A stretch of DNA of 64,000 nt, taken from the NCBI GenBank assembly GCA_964016885.1, contig OZ024743.1:146878001-146942000 (forward strand), given 5' to 3'. The translations under genes and the position numbers were made by a program. The stretch is from Eledone cirrhosa. Taxonomy: Eukaryota. The notes beneath the pieces were generated by a model. That model was not told the DNA's origin and made no database searches. It saw nothing but the letters and a program-made list of their open reading frames with translations. Below are positions 40,290 to 55,021 of this stretch, in pieces (position 1 is the stretch's first letter; every line of letters begins with the position of its first letter).

Positions 40290-40540
40290 CAAACCTAACA
40301 CCAACTGTCAAAAAATGTGATCAATCAAATTGCAGGACTTGCATTCACCTCCTTGAAGGTGTAATGTATAAATTTCTATCAGGACAAACTTTTGTTGTAA
40401 AAAATCATTTCACTTGTTCATAAAAAAATTTAGTTTATGCCATTAAATGTAAAGGATGTAACTAAGATCATATAGGGCAAACTAAACTCACCCTCAGAAA
40501 CAGAATGACAATTCATTGCCAACAATTATGAGACCCTACC
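40290..40540 (+). mobile_element. Penelope-like GIY-YIG endonuclease remnant
   Basis: KKCDQSNCRTC...FTCS*KNLVYAIKCKGCN*DHIGQTKLTLRNRMTIH: Cys linker followed by VY..IGQT..R...H. Confidence 0.75.
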
Positions 40541-40549
40541 CTGAGATTT

Positions 40550-41662
<1,113 letters not shown>

Positions 41663-42496
41663 ATATATATATATATATATACCATCAACATTTTAATGTC
41701 CATTTTTCTTGTTAGCTATATATATATATATATATATATATAATCTTTAACCATCTGTTTTCCCTGCTAACATATATATGTATGCCCGTGTGTCTTTGTG
41801 TATGTTCTTTACATCAGTCAGTAAATCCTAATATATGCTCATATACACATACATACATATTAACATATATACATACATACATACATACACACACAAACAA
41901 ACACTTATACTATCATGCACACATACACACTATTACAGAAACAAACTACTTGAACATAATGTCATATGCCATTGTATATCTCTCGAAGGAAATTCCTCAG
42001 AAAACAATGGATCAGAGTAAAATTAATTTTAGAATGTAGATTTCCTCACATACCAATGCTATATTTTCCTGATTCTCTCAATTCTTTATATTTATCCATT
42101 GTTTCTAACACTCAAAACTTTATTTTTAGAATTCTGTTCACTTAGTGTTTGGTATGAAAATGCTATTATTTGATAATAAAGTTTTTTGGGGGCAAGTTTG
42201 TTTTTGTATGTGTTTATTGTTAATATTTGTTACATTTTTGTATATTTTGTTATATTTTGTATGTGTTTATTGTTAATATTTGCTACATGTCTTCTAGTGC
42301 ATTGTATTGATTATTATATCTTATTTTTTTTTCGTGGGTTTGTTGTACACACATACATGCAAACATACATACAATCATACAATAATATGGGCATGTTTGT
42401 ACACACATTAATCTGCACACATTTATACACTCTCAGAGACAGCTAGACAAACACACAGACCTATTTTCACACACACACACACACACTCACACACAC

Positions 42497-42565
<69 letters not shown>

Positions 42566-42793
42566 CATACAAATACACATATTAACACACACACATATAT
42601 ATATATATGTATATATATATGTATATATATGTATATATACATATATATATGTATATATATATGTATATATATGTATATATGCATATATATATATATGTAT
42701 ATATATATATATGTGTATATATATAATACATATATATATATATATATCATCATCATCGTTTAACGTCCATCTTCCACGCTAGCGCTAGCATAC

Positions 42794-42842
<49 letters not shown>

Positions 42843-45800
42843 CATATATATATTTATACATACATATATAGACATATGTATACATATATATTCATATACA
42901 TATATATACATATATATACATGTATGTATATATTGATATATATACATACATATATAAATACATAGATATATAGATATATACATACATATATATATATACC
43001 TATATATATGTATATATATATATGAATATATATATATATACACACGGGTACTTTTATGCATATGGACATACTCCTATGCGCATACATAAAATGTTACCTA
43101 TATACTCATACACATACCCACATACATGCACAGATATAAATTAAGGTATTTTTTCCGTTTTGATTTTCGCACAAATGGTATTCTTTATACTTTTATGGAT
43201 TTCTGAAAAAACTTTACAAAACCATCTTAGACTTTGGAAATATAGTGATCAATTGCTGCTAGATGAATCCAAAATACATAGAGAATTTGATGTATAGATA
43301 CACATATGCCTTCACATACATACACAAAACAGTGTGCAGAGTAATTTTGTTTTATTTGTTGAATGTTAATACAATACTGGTGACAAAACAACACCTTTGT
43401 TCTATACTTTTGTACTTACACATCACAGGATATCTCTGGAAGTGCAGTTTAACCCAAAGTATAGATAGATAAAAGTATTCCTAGAAAATATATGTAACTT
43501 TTAAAAATGTCCAAAGTGTCACAGCTGGAAAGCCTTTTATTATAAGTCTGTTTAATCAGCACTGACCTTGTACTAAACAATACAATTTGTTCTATGATTT
43601 TCTTCTTGCACCTATCAGAAATCTTTTGGAACTAACTTTCACCTTAAGATTATATTTCTCTGGAAAGTTCCTTTCTTACTTTCGTCATTGCCAGAGACAG
43701 TGTGGAAATTAAGAAAAGGTAAACAATCCTGACTTTTCCCCAGAGAAAGTAAGCAACATGTGTGAGAAGTTTATTTTACATACCCATACAAACACATAGC
43801 AATTAAATTCGTTTTTCTTTGTAACATATTGGAAATAGAGAACACCCATATGGCCATTACGGAACAAATTAATTGAAAATTTGTGAGGAGATGGGCTTAT
43901 TAAATGGAATATAGGAGTACTAAGAAAAACCAGTAAAAATATGTTTGTACGAATTCATATCAACCATCCAATGAAGTAGTAGGCTTTTCTATGACCATTT
44001 CAACTCCAGAAATGCTCATGAGCAACACAGTATATCGAAAAGATAGCAGAGAAAGGTAATTAGATCTGCAGGGAGCCTTGATCTGATCCATTGGGTGGGT
44101 TGCCGTATTGTTTCCTGTTTACTTTGTGTTTTAAATATTTACTTAATTAATTTCTGTTATTTTAACAGCATTAGAATGTTCCAATTATATTATGACTTCT
44201 ATATGTATAATTTTGTTGGTATTCCTATATGTCATATAATACTTTTTCTGATACATTTATTGTATATATTAATGGGTTCTAGTGACAAAATAAATACAAA
44301 CTGCTGTTGTTTGCTGTGAACCTGCATTGAAGATATTTTCCTCCAGGATTACTATATGGGAAAACGTTTATATGTGTTTTTTTTTTGTCTAAAGGCTTTG
44401 GAACATTTGAACCTCTAGCCTATTACAAGCATTGCAAGGAGGATGCCTCAGAAGCAACAGAAAAATGTACTCACAGCACTCTAATTATAACACCACCAAA
44501 TTATCAATTAAAGACACAAGGCTTTCCAACTTAGACACTTACACATATATAGTAGAATACTTTAGAAGTAATAGTGTTTGAAAGATTAATTTGATTAGGA
44601 AAAATGCAGTACTTGCAGCAATGACAACTCCACCACCACCAACAACAACATTCCATCATTTGCTTAAGGTATATGGTAAATCAACCTGAGTCATATCAAG
44701 GAAAAGGAGGTACCTGCATTTGTTCAAGATAGGTAGAGGGATTCTATTTGCCATCAAAAGCGTTGGAGATAGCCTTGGCTATCGTCAATTCGAATGGGTA
44801 CATTATCAAGTTGAAAAGGGTATATTGCAGTGTGTACTTGGTATTTCTCACTGAAAATCAGGTAAAAAGACAAGTAATCCCGTTGTGTCACATCCATGCC
44901 CACAATTTACTTCCACACAATATGTGTCTTAGGAATACATGAACCCTAACCACATATATTGTCATAGACCACATATATTGTCATGGGTGTTAACACTTTA
45001 TTTGCCACCACATTTACACGATTGCATGGACATGAGGTTTGAAACAATTTCTGGTCAAGTTGGATTTACATACAGCATTGAATTCTATTGATTTCAACAA
45101 CCATATGGCTATACTACATTGGTACATGTAAGTGCAAAAAGGATGTCAATGAAATTGGTGATGAAGAAGGCCCAGTTGCTCACATGTGATTGAAAATGAC
45201 ACTGGAGAGCTTGCTGTTCAGAAAAAGGAAATGCAAAAGAAAAAAAAAAAGAAAGTGACCAACAGCAGTGGAGACATTGACACTAACAATAGGTTTCAGA
45301 GGGAAAATAATGATTGTTGTTACCATGTATGTAGAGGATCACCAGTCACAGATCTGAACATACCCCAAACAGAGACAAATAAAGTCGTCTTATTTTCAGT
45401 GTTACCAACACTAGGGTCTGATGTTAGTGAAGAAACCTATACACAGAACTGGCATCAGACTATGAGCAATTGCAATACAACCTAACATTATGCAGTGGTG
45501 GTAAGTAGACTGGGACTCGATAAGGGTTGGAAAATGCTGGAGGCATAATTGAAGAAAGGGGAACAAAAAGAAAATAGTGTGAGCACAGGCAAAGGGCTAG
45601 AAGTCTCCTCTGAAATGGTACCTATCCCATAATGAGCCTGGACTTTATAGTAATTTGAAGAGAGAACTTTAGCTTACTCAAATAAGGCAGGCTCTATAAA
45701 AAGTCAAATCAAATACTGTGATAATTGAGATGAGGAAAGTGTACCATTCATTTAGTGAGGAAAGTGTACCATGCATTTAGTGATTTAGAATTGTTATTTG

Positions 45801-47089
45801 TCTTCAACTGGGAGCTTGAATTTGTTGATGATGGTGTTGGTTAGTAATCTCATTAAAGATATTGATTATTTTTCTTTTAATTATTTTTGTTTCAAGCACC
45901 TTCTTAATTGTTATCAAAAATATATGTAATAGTGCAGATTTGTCTTGTCAAATTAAATGGTTAGTTGGTTATTGTATAATTCGGATGACAAGAAATAAAT
46001 AACAAATAATATTTTGAGTTGTTTAGAAATACATGCCAGTTTCAATGTGTCTGTTTCTTTTATGGATTAAAATATTGAAAAAAATAGTGGTTTTTAATTA
46101 TTATATTCCATTTAAATTGAATGCTATTATTTATCTGCTTAATATTTTGAACTAATTAAGTTGATGGAATCTGTGTATCCACAGACTAAAACAATCACGT
46201 AAATATTGCACTTGCTTATTGAATACTTATAATAGGACAATATTAATTAACAAATAGGTATATGCATTTATTAAAAAATGTCTAAATAAATTATGATTAT
46301 CATTTACATAGTGCAAAATGATAGAATGGCAAAGTATAGAAGGTTTAAAAGACTTCAGAAACATTTTCGACTTTTCATCTTCTATATTTATCAAGTATGC
46401 AAATGTAGCAGAAAACAGCTTCGCAAAGATCATGACTAAAAGAGCAAATAAGAACAATAGAACAACTGTGGTTTGACAGATTTGTAAATGTCCACCCTCT
46501 TTTTTTATGCAACCACATTTATACAAATTGAGTTACTATTAACATTATTTACTTTGCAAAAGTCATGGTTATCACAACATTATGAAACAGTTACAGGAAT
46601 GTAGATAGAGTAAAGGACTTCAAGTACATTTTCAAATTTATATGTATATATATATACAAACACTCATACAAAAAATATATATACATATGTATGTGTTTAT
46701 GTACATACTTGAAATATACATTTATATATCTGGCTTATATATATACATGCAGGGATGTATGTGCATGTGTAAACATGTACATACATATTTGTACATATGT
46801 AAATACATATGTATGTGTGTGTACATATATAAGCCAGATATATTTTGCTTTACTTTAGCATTCAGTTACATTAACGTCATTTTCTATTTAGGTTCATGAC
46901 TGTAAATCTTTTTTCTTGATTAAATAAACATTTAGCAGTTTGAATTATTTTTCATATTTTATTCTACATACATTCCACAACAAATAAATTGCTATAATAT
47001 ACACAGACACATACGTACACACACGCAAACACATACAAACATATATATATATATATATATAAATACGTGTGTATATATGTGTACATATC

Positions 47090-47127
<38 letters not shown>

Positions 47128-47128
<1 letters not shown>

Positions 47129-47397
47129 GCAAAAGTTCTATTTAAAATTGTTGGGATACAACAAGTAAATATTTTTATAACTGATATAAAGCAATCGACA
47201 AGTATTTGGAGTAGATATACGATGGCTTCCAAAAATAATGGTTACATTTTAAAAGGGTACGTCAAAGCTTATTTGTAAAACTGTTATATATTGTATTTTG
47301 TCTGATGAAGGCATACCATAATTTAATTTGGTATCCCTGAAATATGTATAATGAAATAAATATGGTTTTATAAATATAGTTTCCATTTATTAATATC

Positions 47398-47400
<3 letters not shown>
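47128..47400 (+). mobile_element. Hammerhead-bearing AT-rich element (pLTR-like), preceded by an inverted piece of its own tail
   Basis: 47222-47400 matches 60658-60833. 47130-47220 is the reverse complement of that family's downstream tail. Confidence 0.75.
47294..47358 (+). ncRNA. Type I hammerhead ribozyme
   Basis: TATTTTGT-CTGATGA-AGGcATACCA...TGGTATcCCT-GAA-ATAtgTAT-A-ATGAAATA. Confidence 0.75.
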
Positions 47401-47463
<63 letters not shown>

Positions 47464-47696
47464 GTTTTGCAAGGTTTTTGATATGAAACCGTGTGTCGAA
47501 ACAAATATTGTTATACTTCGGAAGAGTCATATTGTTGTAATAATATTCCCAGAAATAATAACAGAACACACTCACTGTTTGGTTGGTTTTCGCTTCTGTA
47601 TCTTCTATATCTCCATAGTTAAATTATTTGGCAATCAACGTTTATCATTGATTGACCAACGGTTAAAAATAAAGATATAAATATATATATATAGTC

Positions 47697-47740
47697 TAAC
47701 AAAGTTCTTTCGTTGCATATCTACAACATCATCAGTGGTA
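47697..47740 (-). ncRNA. Minimal hammerhead ribozyme
   Basis: TACCA-CTGATGA-t-GTTGTA-gata-TGCAAC-GAA-AGAACT-T-TGTTA. Confidence 0.65.
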
Positions 47741-48854
47741 TTATTATTATGTTCCCTCCTATTGTATTGTATTGTATTGTAATGTTTACGCCAGTTTAAT
47801 TTAATAAATAAATAAATAAATAAATAAATTAATTTATTTATTTTTGTTTCCGTCTCTGCACATGCGTTTGCGTGTGTGTATAATGTTTGGTGTGTGTATA
47901 TAATGTGTGTGTGTTCGCATTTGGGTGTATGTGTTTTGGTTTTTATTCTATCTTTGTTTAGTAGTGTGTGTTTATATGTGTTTGTTGTTATTGTACTTGT
48001 GTATAAATATATATATATATATTTATTTATTTATTTATATTTCACTTAAGTCAGTATTGTTTGTTTGAGTATGGTTGTTGTTGTTATTCCATTCGTTTTT
48101 TCTGTTTAACTTTGGTCTTGTAAGCTCTATTTCACTTGCTTTTCTGATTTGTCTACCTGTTGAGTCATTTCTATGTTTAGATATTATTTTAATTTCTATG
48201 TTGTCTATATTACCGTCATATCTTTAAGAAAATCCACTGTACTAATAAGAATTGTGTTATATGTAAAATGAACCCCCGGGAAAACTGTAAAACTAGAAAT
48301 GTAGCCTATAAAATAAGATGTACAGAGGGTACTTGCAGAAACATGACACCGACATACATAGGTGAGACAGCTCGAAGCATAGGAGAAAGAATAGACCAAC
48401 ACTGGGGGGAATTAAAAGGACGAAAAAACGGTTCAGTACTATACGAACACGCCAGACATAGGAATTAAAATAATATCTAAACATAGAAATGACTCAACAG
48501 GTAGGCAAATCAGAGTAGCAAGTAAAATAGAGCTTAGAAGACCAAAGTTATACAGAAAAAACGAATGGAATAACAACAACAACCATACCCAAACAAACAA
48601 TACTGACTTAAGGGAAATATAAATAAATAAATATATACACAAGTGCAATAACAACAAACACATATAAACAAAGATAGAATACAAAAACCAAAACACATAC
48701 ACTCAAACGCGAACACACACACACCAAACATTATACACACACGCAAACGCATGTGCAGAGACGGAGGCAAGAATAAATCAATAAATAAAATAAAAATGGC
48801 GTAGACATTACAATACAATACAATACCATACAATAGGAGGGAACATAATAATAG

Positions 48855-48898
48855 TACCACTGATGATGTTGCAGATGTGCAACGAAAGAACTTTGAAA
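48855..48898 (+). ncRNA. Minimal hammerhead ribozyme (mirror copy, weak stem I)
   Basis: CTGATGA-t-GTTGCA-gatg-TGCAAC-GAAAGAACTTTG. Confidence 0.6.
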
Positions 48899-49057
48899 GA
48901 CTATATATATATTTATATCTGTATTTGTAACCGTTGGTCAGACAATGATAAACGTTGATTGCCAAATAAATTAACTATTGAGATATAAAAGATACAGAAG
49001 CGAAAACCAATGAAACAGTGAGTGTGTTCTGTTATTATTTCTGGCAATATTACCCAC

Positions 49058-49143
<86 letters not shown>

Positions 49144-49163
49144 TGTGTGTGTATGTATATATG

Positions 49164-49256
<93 letters not shown>

Positions 49257-49259
<3 letters not shown>

Positions 49260-49729
49260 ATTATCCAAGATGTAGTAATGGTTCATTACTACATTGGATA
49301 TCGTTGACGTACGGTAAGAGGTTACTCTACGAGTTATGGAAGAATTGTTCAAGAAACTTAGTTCCTGATCCTTCAGTATTCCGGAGTGTATATAAAGAAT
49401 GAATAATAACAGGTAGACATCATAAAAAGGTAATTTATTCCGTGTGCTTACAAGTGTTTCCACGGTGGTACTGCAGCCTAGTTATGCTACGTGCAAATTC
49501 ACAAGTACTTGCAGAACTCAAATATCCAATGCTGTGACCACTGTTTCCTCAGAGCAGATTCTGCTCTGAGGAAACAGTGGTCACAGCATTGGATATTTGA
49601 GTTCTGCAAGTACTTGTGAATTTGCACGTAGCATAACTAGGCTGCAGTACCACCGTGGAAACACTTGTAAGCACACGGAATAAATTACCTTTTTATGATG
49701 TCTACCTGTTATTATTCATTCTTTATATA
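49257..49729. repeat. 170-bp-arm palindrome with no mismatches seen (centre 49559) plus a 130-bp tail, between (TA)n tracts
   Basis: 49389-49558 is the reverse complement of 49560-49729. GAAAC-AGTG-GTC directly follows the apex stem. Confidence 0.92.
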
Positions 49730-49745
49730 TATATATATATATATA

Positions 49746-50167
49746 TACGATATTAAATAAATGGAAACTATATTTATAAAACCATATTTATTTCATTATA
49801 TATATTTCAGGGATATCATATTAACAATATGTTATGCCTTCTTCAGACAAAATACAATATAGACAGTTTTATAGATAAATAGATTTGACATACCGTTCAA
49901 CATCGACTTGTATTTGAAAAAGTTGATGTTGAACGGTATGTCAAATCTATTTATCTATAAAACTGTCTATATTGTATTTTGTCTGAAGAAGGCATAACAT
50001 ATTGTTAATATGATATCCCTGAAATATATATAATGAAATAAATATGGTTTTATAAATATAGTTTCCATTTATTTAATATCGTAAATATACTCCAAATACT
50101 TGTTGAGTGCTTTTATATCAGTTATAAATATTTACTAGTTGTAACCCAACAATTTAAATATAACTTT

Positions 50168-50170
<3 letters not shown>
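49746..50170. mobile_element. Fold-back of the AT-rich hammerhead element, with tail
   Basis: 49746-49909 pairs with 49920-50083. Hammerheads lie at 49789-49854 (-) and 49975-50040 (+): CTGAAGA...GAAATATATATA-ATGAAATA. Confidence 0.88.
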
Positions 50171-50236
<66 letters not shown>

Positions 50237-50844
50237 TATATGCATATATGCATACATACACACACACATATATACATATAATTAGTTACAACAGTGACAA
50301 ATACCGGTACTTAAGTTTCGTTGGGTTATCTACCCCAACTCACTCAGCCTGTTTTAAAAATAAAGATGGCCGCCGGTGGTTGAATGTAACTTCTTTTGGG
50401 AAGATTAAACGAGAGCTATAAATAACCAAAATTATTAGATAGGTTGAAGGGCGGTAAGTATTCTAAAATGAATATCATGCGTAGGGAAATTTATGCTAAA
50501 TTAATCACTCAAATAATCCAAATTTCCTGGCATACATATTAGTTAGTAATTCAAATAAAATATATTCTTTGACATTCGAATTAGTAAGGTCTAAACCAGT
50601 TATCAGAATATATTTCGTTTCGTGCGGACAGTGTCTAAAGCAGTCTAGGCGTATGTTAAGACAGGATTACCTTTACATAATAGCATTATTGCATTATATA
50701 TATTTCAATGATATGTGTATGCAATGGTTATATCATTGACAGTTTTCATGTGACATCATCAGATGCTCATAAAATTATGAGGCGAGTTAAACAAGCATGC
50801 AATCATGTCACCGGGAAGTAGTACTTAATCTGCATTAATAATTG

Positions 50845-51022
50845 ACAGTATCGGTAGAGGGTTGGACGCCCTGCTTTCCAGCATAGTTACGTACCTTTAC
50901 GATCTGAGTTCAAATCCCGCCGAGGTTGACTTTGCCTTTCATCCTTACGGGGTCGATAAAATAAAGTACCAGTAATGCACTGGATTATTGCTGGCCTTGT
51001 GCCTAAAGTAGAAACAATTAAT
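50845..51022 (+). mobile_element. SINE, same family
   Basis: Head, core and TAGAAACAATTAATAAT tail are present. Confidence 0.85.
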
Positions 51023-51547
51023 AATAAATATTAGCAAGGTCGCTCTTTAGCACTACAGGTAACACGTAATCCAATACAATCTGAACATGGTCGGGTCCTC
51101 AGCAATTAAACCAGCAACCCCACCAACCTTGCCTGGTGAAAAGGGTGATTTTGGACATCCTACGGTGGGGGGGGGGGGGGATAAAACCCGTCAAAGGATG
51201 GAGGTATTCATGAGAGACAACAGCCATCCAATAAAGTAATTTGTTTGTGGACTGAGAGACCTCTAGTCTTCATTAAGACATCTCAATAGGAGAAGGTTAC
51301 TCTGATATAACACTTGCGACTTCGTTTGCATCCAATGTTGTGGACCAGTTTTCCTTTTTGGGTAAATGCATTCAATGTTCAGAGACTGGGATTGACTCCA
51401 TGCAAAGCCTTTCCTCACTTAAAAAAGCTTAAAGCACAAGAATCGCTGATCGTAGTCAAGTCCCTAGAAGGACTGAAAAGACACGTTTCTGCAGCTCATG
51501 CTCCAGTATCAAGTGATAGAATTACTCGGAATCGAGTTGCAGCTATC

Positions 51548-51615
<68 letters not shown>

Positions 51616-51622
<7 letters not shown>

Positions 51623-53462
51623 ATACTTTGGGAGGGTCATGCTGCCAATAAAAACACATGCACCTGTCGGTTTCACTTCAATTTATTATAAATTTCCGGT
51701 TGGCTGGCTGGTTGGTTGGTTCCATAACCGGATGGTTGTTTATATATTTTCAAAGCTCTTTCGTCACACATTGTGTGACCTCCTCAGTGACTAGGTTTTT
51801 ATTTTGTGTCGCTCCTTTGTTCTGTTCTACACCATCTTGTTTTTGTGTGTTGTGTGCTTAGTTTGCGCATGCCTTACATCCGGGTGTGCGTCTGTTTTTA
51901 TTTATTTATGTGTTTATTTACTTGTCACTAGTTGGTTGTTTGTTCTATCTGTGTGTGTCTGGTTTCTTCATTAGTTTGGTTTTTGTGTGTCTCTCTCTAT
52001 GTCGTAATTTTGTCCTTAATTACTAGTTGTGATATTGCTATTCCACTCATGTTTTCTGTTTCATTTTGGTTGGAGTTCGTTTATGTTTGTCTGAGCATTG
52101 CATCTTTTCTCTGTGTGGATATCATTTTTTATCTCTATGTTCTCTAATATGCTCCTATGTTCTATTTTGGCTCGTTGGTGGAGTAGATGAGATTGTTCCA
52201 TCCTGGAGTTCTTGCCAGTGTTCACTTATTCTTTCTCCTATGTTACGGGTTTTTTCACCTAAGTATGTTATGTTCTTATTCCTACACACTGTCCCTCAGT
52301 ACATCTTATGCTATATACTATATTCCTAGCTTTACAGTTAGTTTTCGGGATTAGCTTGCAGACTATGCATTTCCTATCAGTACAGCGGGATCTTTGAAAT
52401 GGGTATGTTTTACTAATTAGGGTTTTTATAGGAATACCTGGTCTTTCAACTATCTTAATATTTAACTTGGAATTGTTTAGGACCCTTCTAAATCTGTAAG
52501 CTAGTTCGCTTCTAGGGGTTGTATTGACGAACCTTACACTCTGGTATTTATTGCTATCATACCACGGGTTGATTTTATTTTCCTTATTCCTAATCCTTTC
52601 TATTCTGTTCCAAAAGTTGCTCCTATATATGGGCCAAATCCCATTTGCATCATTTTCTACAATCTTTGCCCATTTGGTTCTGGCTCCTTTATATACCCTG
52701 ATCTTGTCTCTCTGATTGTAGCCAGAGAACTGCATGCGGTGGATGAAGTGTTGTATGTGTCTCTCTAATTCTTTAGGGTTGCACATGCGGGACACGTTCC
52801 TCATGACTCTTACTAAATCCGCAATCAGTATATTGATTTTTATGTGATCCCAAACAGCTGACTTTCGGTGGATCAGGTATTTGTAGGTCATGGGTTTGGC
52901 ATAATGCGAATGGAGGATTTGCGTTCTATTAGTAATGGTTTTCAACCAGAGTTCTGTGTCTAGTACAGGTAATCTATGGTTGGGGTGTTTAGTTGGATAG
53001 TCTATAGTAACTTGCTGGATGCTCTCTGTGGTGTTCTTCTCTAATTCCTGACTGTTCTCCCGTGGGGGTGTTTTTACTACGAAGTTTTGGTCATCTTCCT
53101 AGCAGGAGTACATAGTCAGGGTTATAATATTGTCATCTAATTGTTCCTTAAGTCTTTTGTTCCACCATACCATAAAGAGGTTAGCTATGTCACCTGCAAT
53201 GCTAACGCGAATGGGAATATGTTTTACCATTAAACTTGAACATATGTACCTTAAGGGTTAGTTTTATACTGGCCCCCACCGCATGTGCGATCATTTTCTT
53301 TAATCCATATTGTGTGTGAGTTTAAGTAGGGGTTCCAGCTCACTTGTATCAATTCCACATCACTCTCGCTGATCATTTCTACGCATTTTCTCACAGCAAT
53401 GACTGGTCGTTCGCTCTCGATGCCCGCTGAGACATTATCATAAACAGGTGAAACTCCACAAT

Positions 53463-53465
<3 letters not shown>
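51616..53465 (-). mobile_element. Penelope-like retroelement, degenerate (RT remnants, thumb, GIY-YIG, 3' pLTR with hammerhead)
   Basis: KVHMFKFNGKTY, PIRVSIAGDIANLFMVWW, LDDN; ORF 52268-52945 with HYAKPM, MQFSGY and CKARNIVYSIRC; then YLGE..R.IGERISEH. Both ends abut (TA)n. Confidence 0.85.
51750..51790 (-). ncRNA. Minimal hammerhead ribozyme in the pLTR
   Basis: TCA-CTGAGGA-g-GTCACAC-aat-GTGTGAC-GAAAGAGCTT-TGA. Confidence 0.7.
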
Positions 53466-53501
<36 letters not shown>

Positions 53502-54369
53502 ATCTTTCCAATTGCTAATACTATCTACCGGTCGCAACTCCAGGTAGAGGGAGCAACGTGAATAAAGTGTATTGCTCAAGGACATAACGCATCGCCCGGT
53601 CAGGTTAATCGAACTCACAACCTCACGATTGCGAATCCGATTCTCTAACCACTCAGCCACACGCCTTCTCTTTCACACACACACACACATATATATATTT
53701 ATATACACATACATATTTCTTCGCTCGCCCTAATTCACCGTCGACAAATGCCTCGGACTTATATTCAGTAGCTGTTTTTGACTTCTCTCTCTCCTGGTTA
53801 CTTATATACATACATGTGCTTCTCGTGTTCCTCTCTCTTTCGGTATGTTCTCTGTGTCCCCCCCACCCCTACTGTTTGATTTTTTTCCTCTCTCCTTTCC
53901 CCCCAATAACTTCCCCAAGTTATTGACGCACTCGAGTTAGACATATTGTCTTTAATGCGTTGAAATGTCCGCGATCCAGCAGACAGCTGCAGAAGGGATT
54001 GACCACTGCTTGTGCTTTCATTTTATTTTTAAATACACTTTATCAAGTAACCACACAGCTCCCTGTTTCTCCCAAAATTTTATATATATATATATATATT
54101 TGTATATTCAGGTTTGAGGTTCACCCCTTTTGTTTGCCTATATCTGACCGGTAGTAGTTGTCTTTCTTCTTATAGCGGACATTAACCCTGGCTTCTCTTC
54201 TTCTTCCTTCCCCCTTCTTCTCTCTCCTTCCTTTCTTTCTTTCTTTTATCTTGTGGCATGAGATTGACGCTAACTTATGTTCCCATCCCTTTCTGTTTTC
54301 GTTTATCTGACCGGTAGTAGCACACTGTAAACTTTAGCCACGTCACTCGAGGGCGACCGGCTGAGGTTG

Positions 54370-54430
54370 AAGGAGCAGGATAGTGGTCCACCTCGGTTCC
54401 TCGATTTTCAGCCCCATGGATTTTATCTAT
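54370..54430 (+). mobile_element. Possible Tc1/mariner transposase scrap
   Basis: With frameshifts it reads W-P-P-R-F-L-D-F-Q-P-M-D-F, similar to WPPRSPDLxPxDF. Confidence 0.35.
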
Positions 54431-54576
54431 TACATTCACGTATTATATTTCGAATACCGGATGATATCACCGGATTCATACGGAACCCGGTCATTGAAAT
54501 GATCATAGTATAATAAACCTTTCAAGGATTTACACAAATCCAGCCTCCTGTCATTTCATTATAATTATTATATATT

Positions 54577-54632
<56 letters not shown>

Positions 54633-54639
<7 letters not shown>

Positions 54640-55021
54640 GTTAGAATATGTGTAATAAGGCCAAGACAATGCAGATATGGACATAGAAAAAAGAATGCAA
54701 TAGTGAGAGATATTGATGAGAATTCGTCTTTCACCTTGAATTTATTTAAATGTCCTTAATTTTCGAGATAATATCTCTTCTTCGGAGGGAAGTAAAAGTC
54801 TCAGACAGTCTGAGACTTTTACTTCCCTCCGAAGAAGAGATATTATCTCGAAAATTAAGGACATTTAAATAAATTCAAGGTGAAAGACGAATTCTCATCA
54901 ATATCTCTCACTATTGCATTCTTTTTTCTATGTCCATATCTGCATTGTCTTGGCCTTATTACACATATTCTAACGTTTATACCTCATTACACAATGCTTC
55001 AAGTGAACTATAACCTCCTCC
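54633..55021. repeat. 174-bp-arm palindrome with no mismatches seen (centre 54807) plus a 40-bp tail, between (TA)n tracts
   Basis: 54633-54806 is the reverse complement of 54808-54981. Each arm has a hammerhead-like CCT-CCGAAGA-a-GAGAT-att-ATCTC-GAAAATTA-AGG. Confidence 0.92.

Larger units (their letters stand above)
47460..49052. mobile_element. Penelope-like element 3' end with ~600-bp inverted pLTR/3' region around a GIY-YIG core
   Basis: About 47541-48201 is inverted at about 48456-49052. The central ORF reads NCKTRNVAYKIRC...YIGETARSIGERIDQH and continues as IISKH..RQIR...RKNEW. Flanked by (TA)n. Confidence 0.85.
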
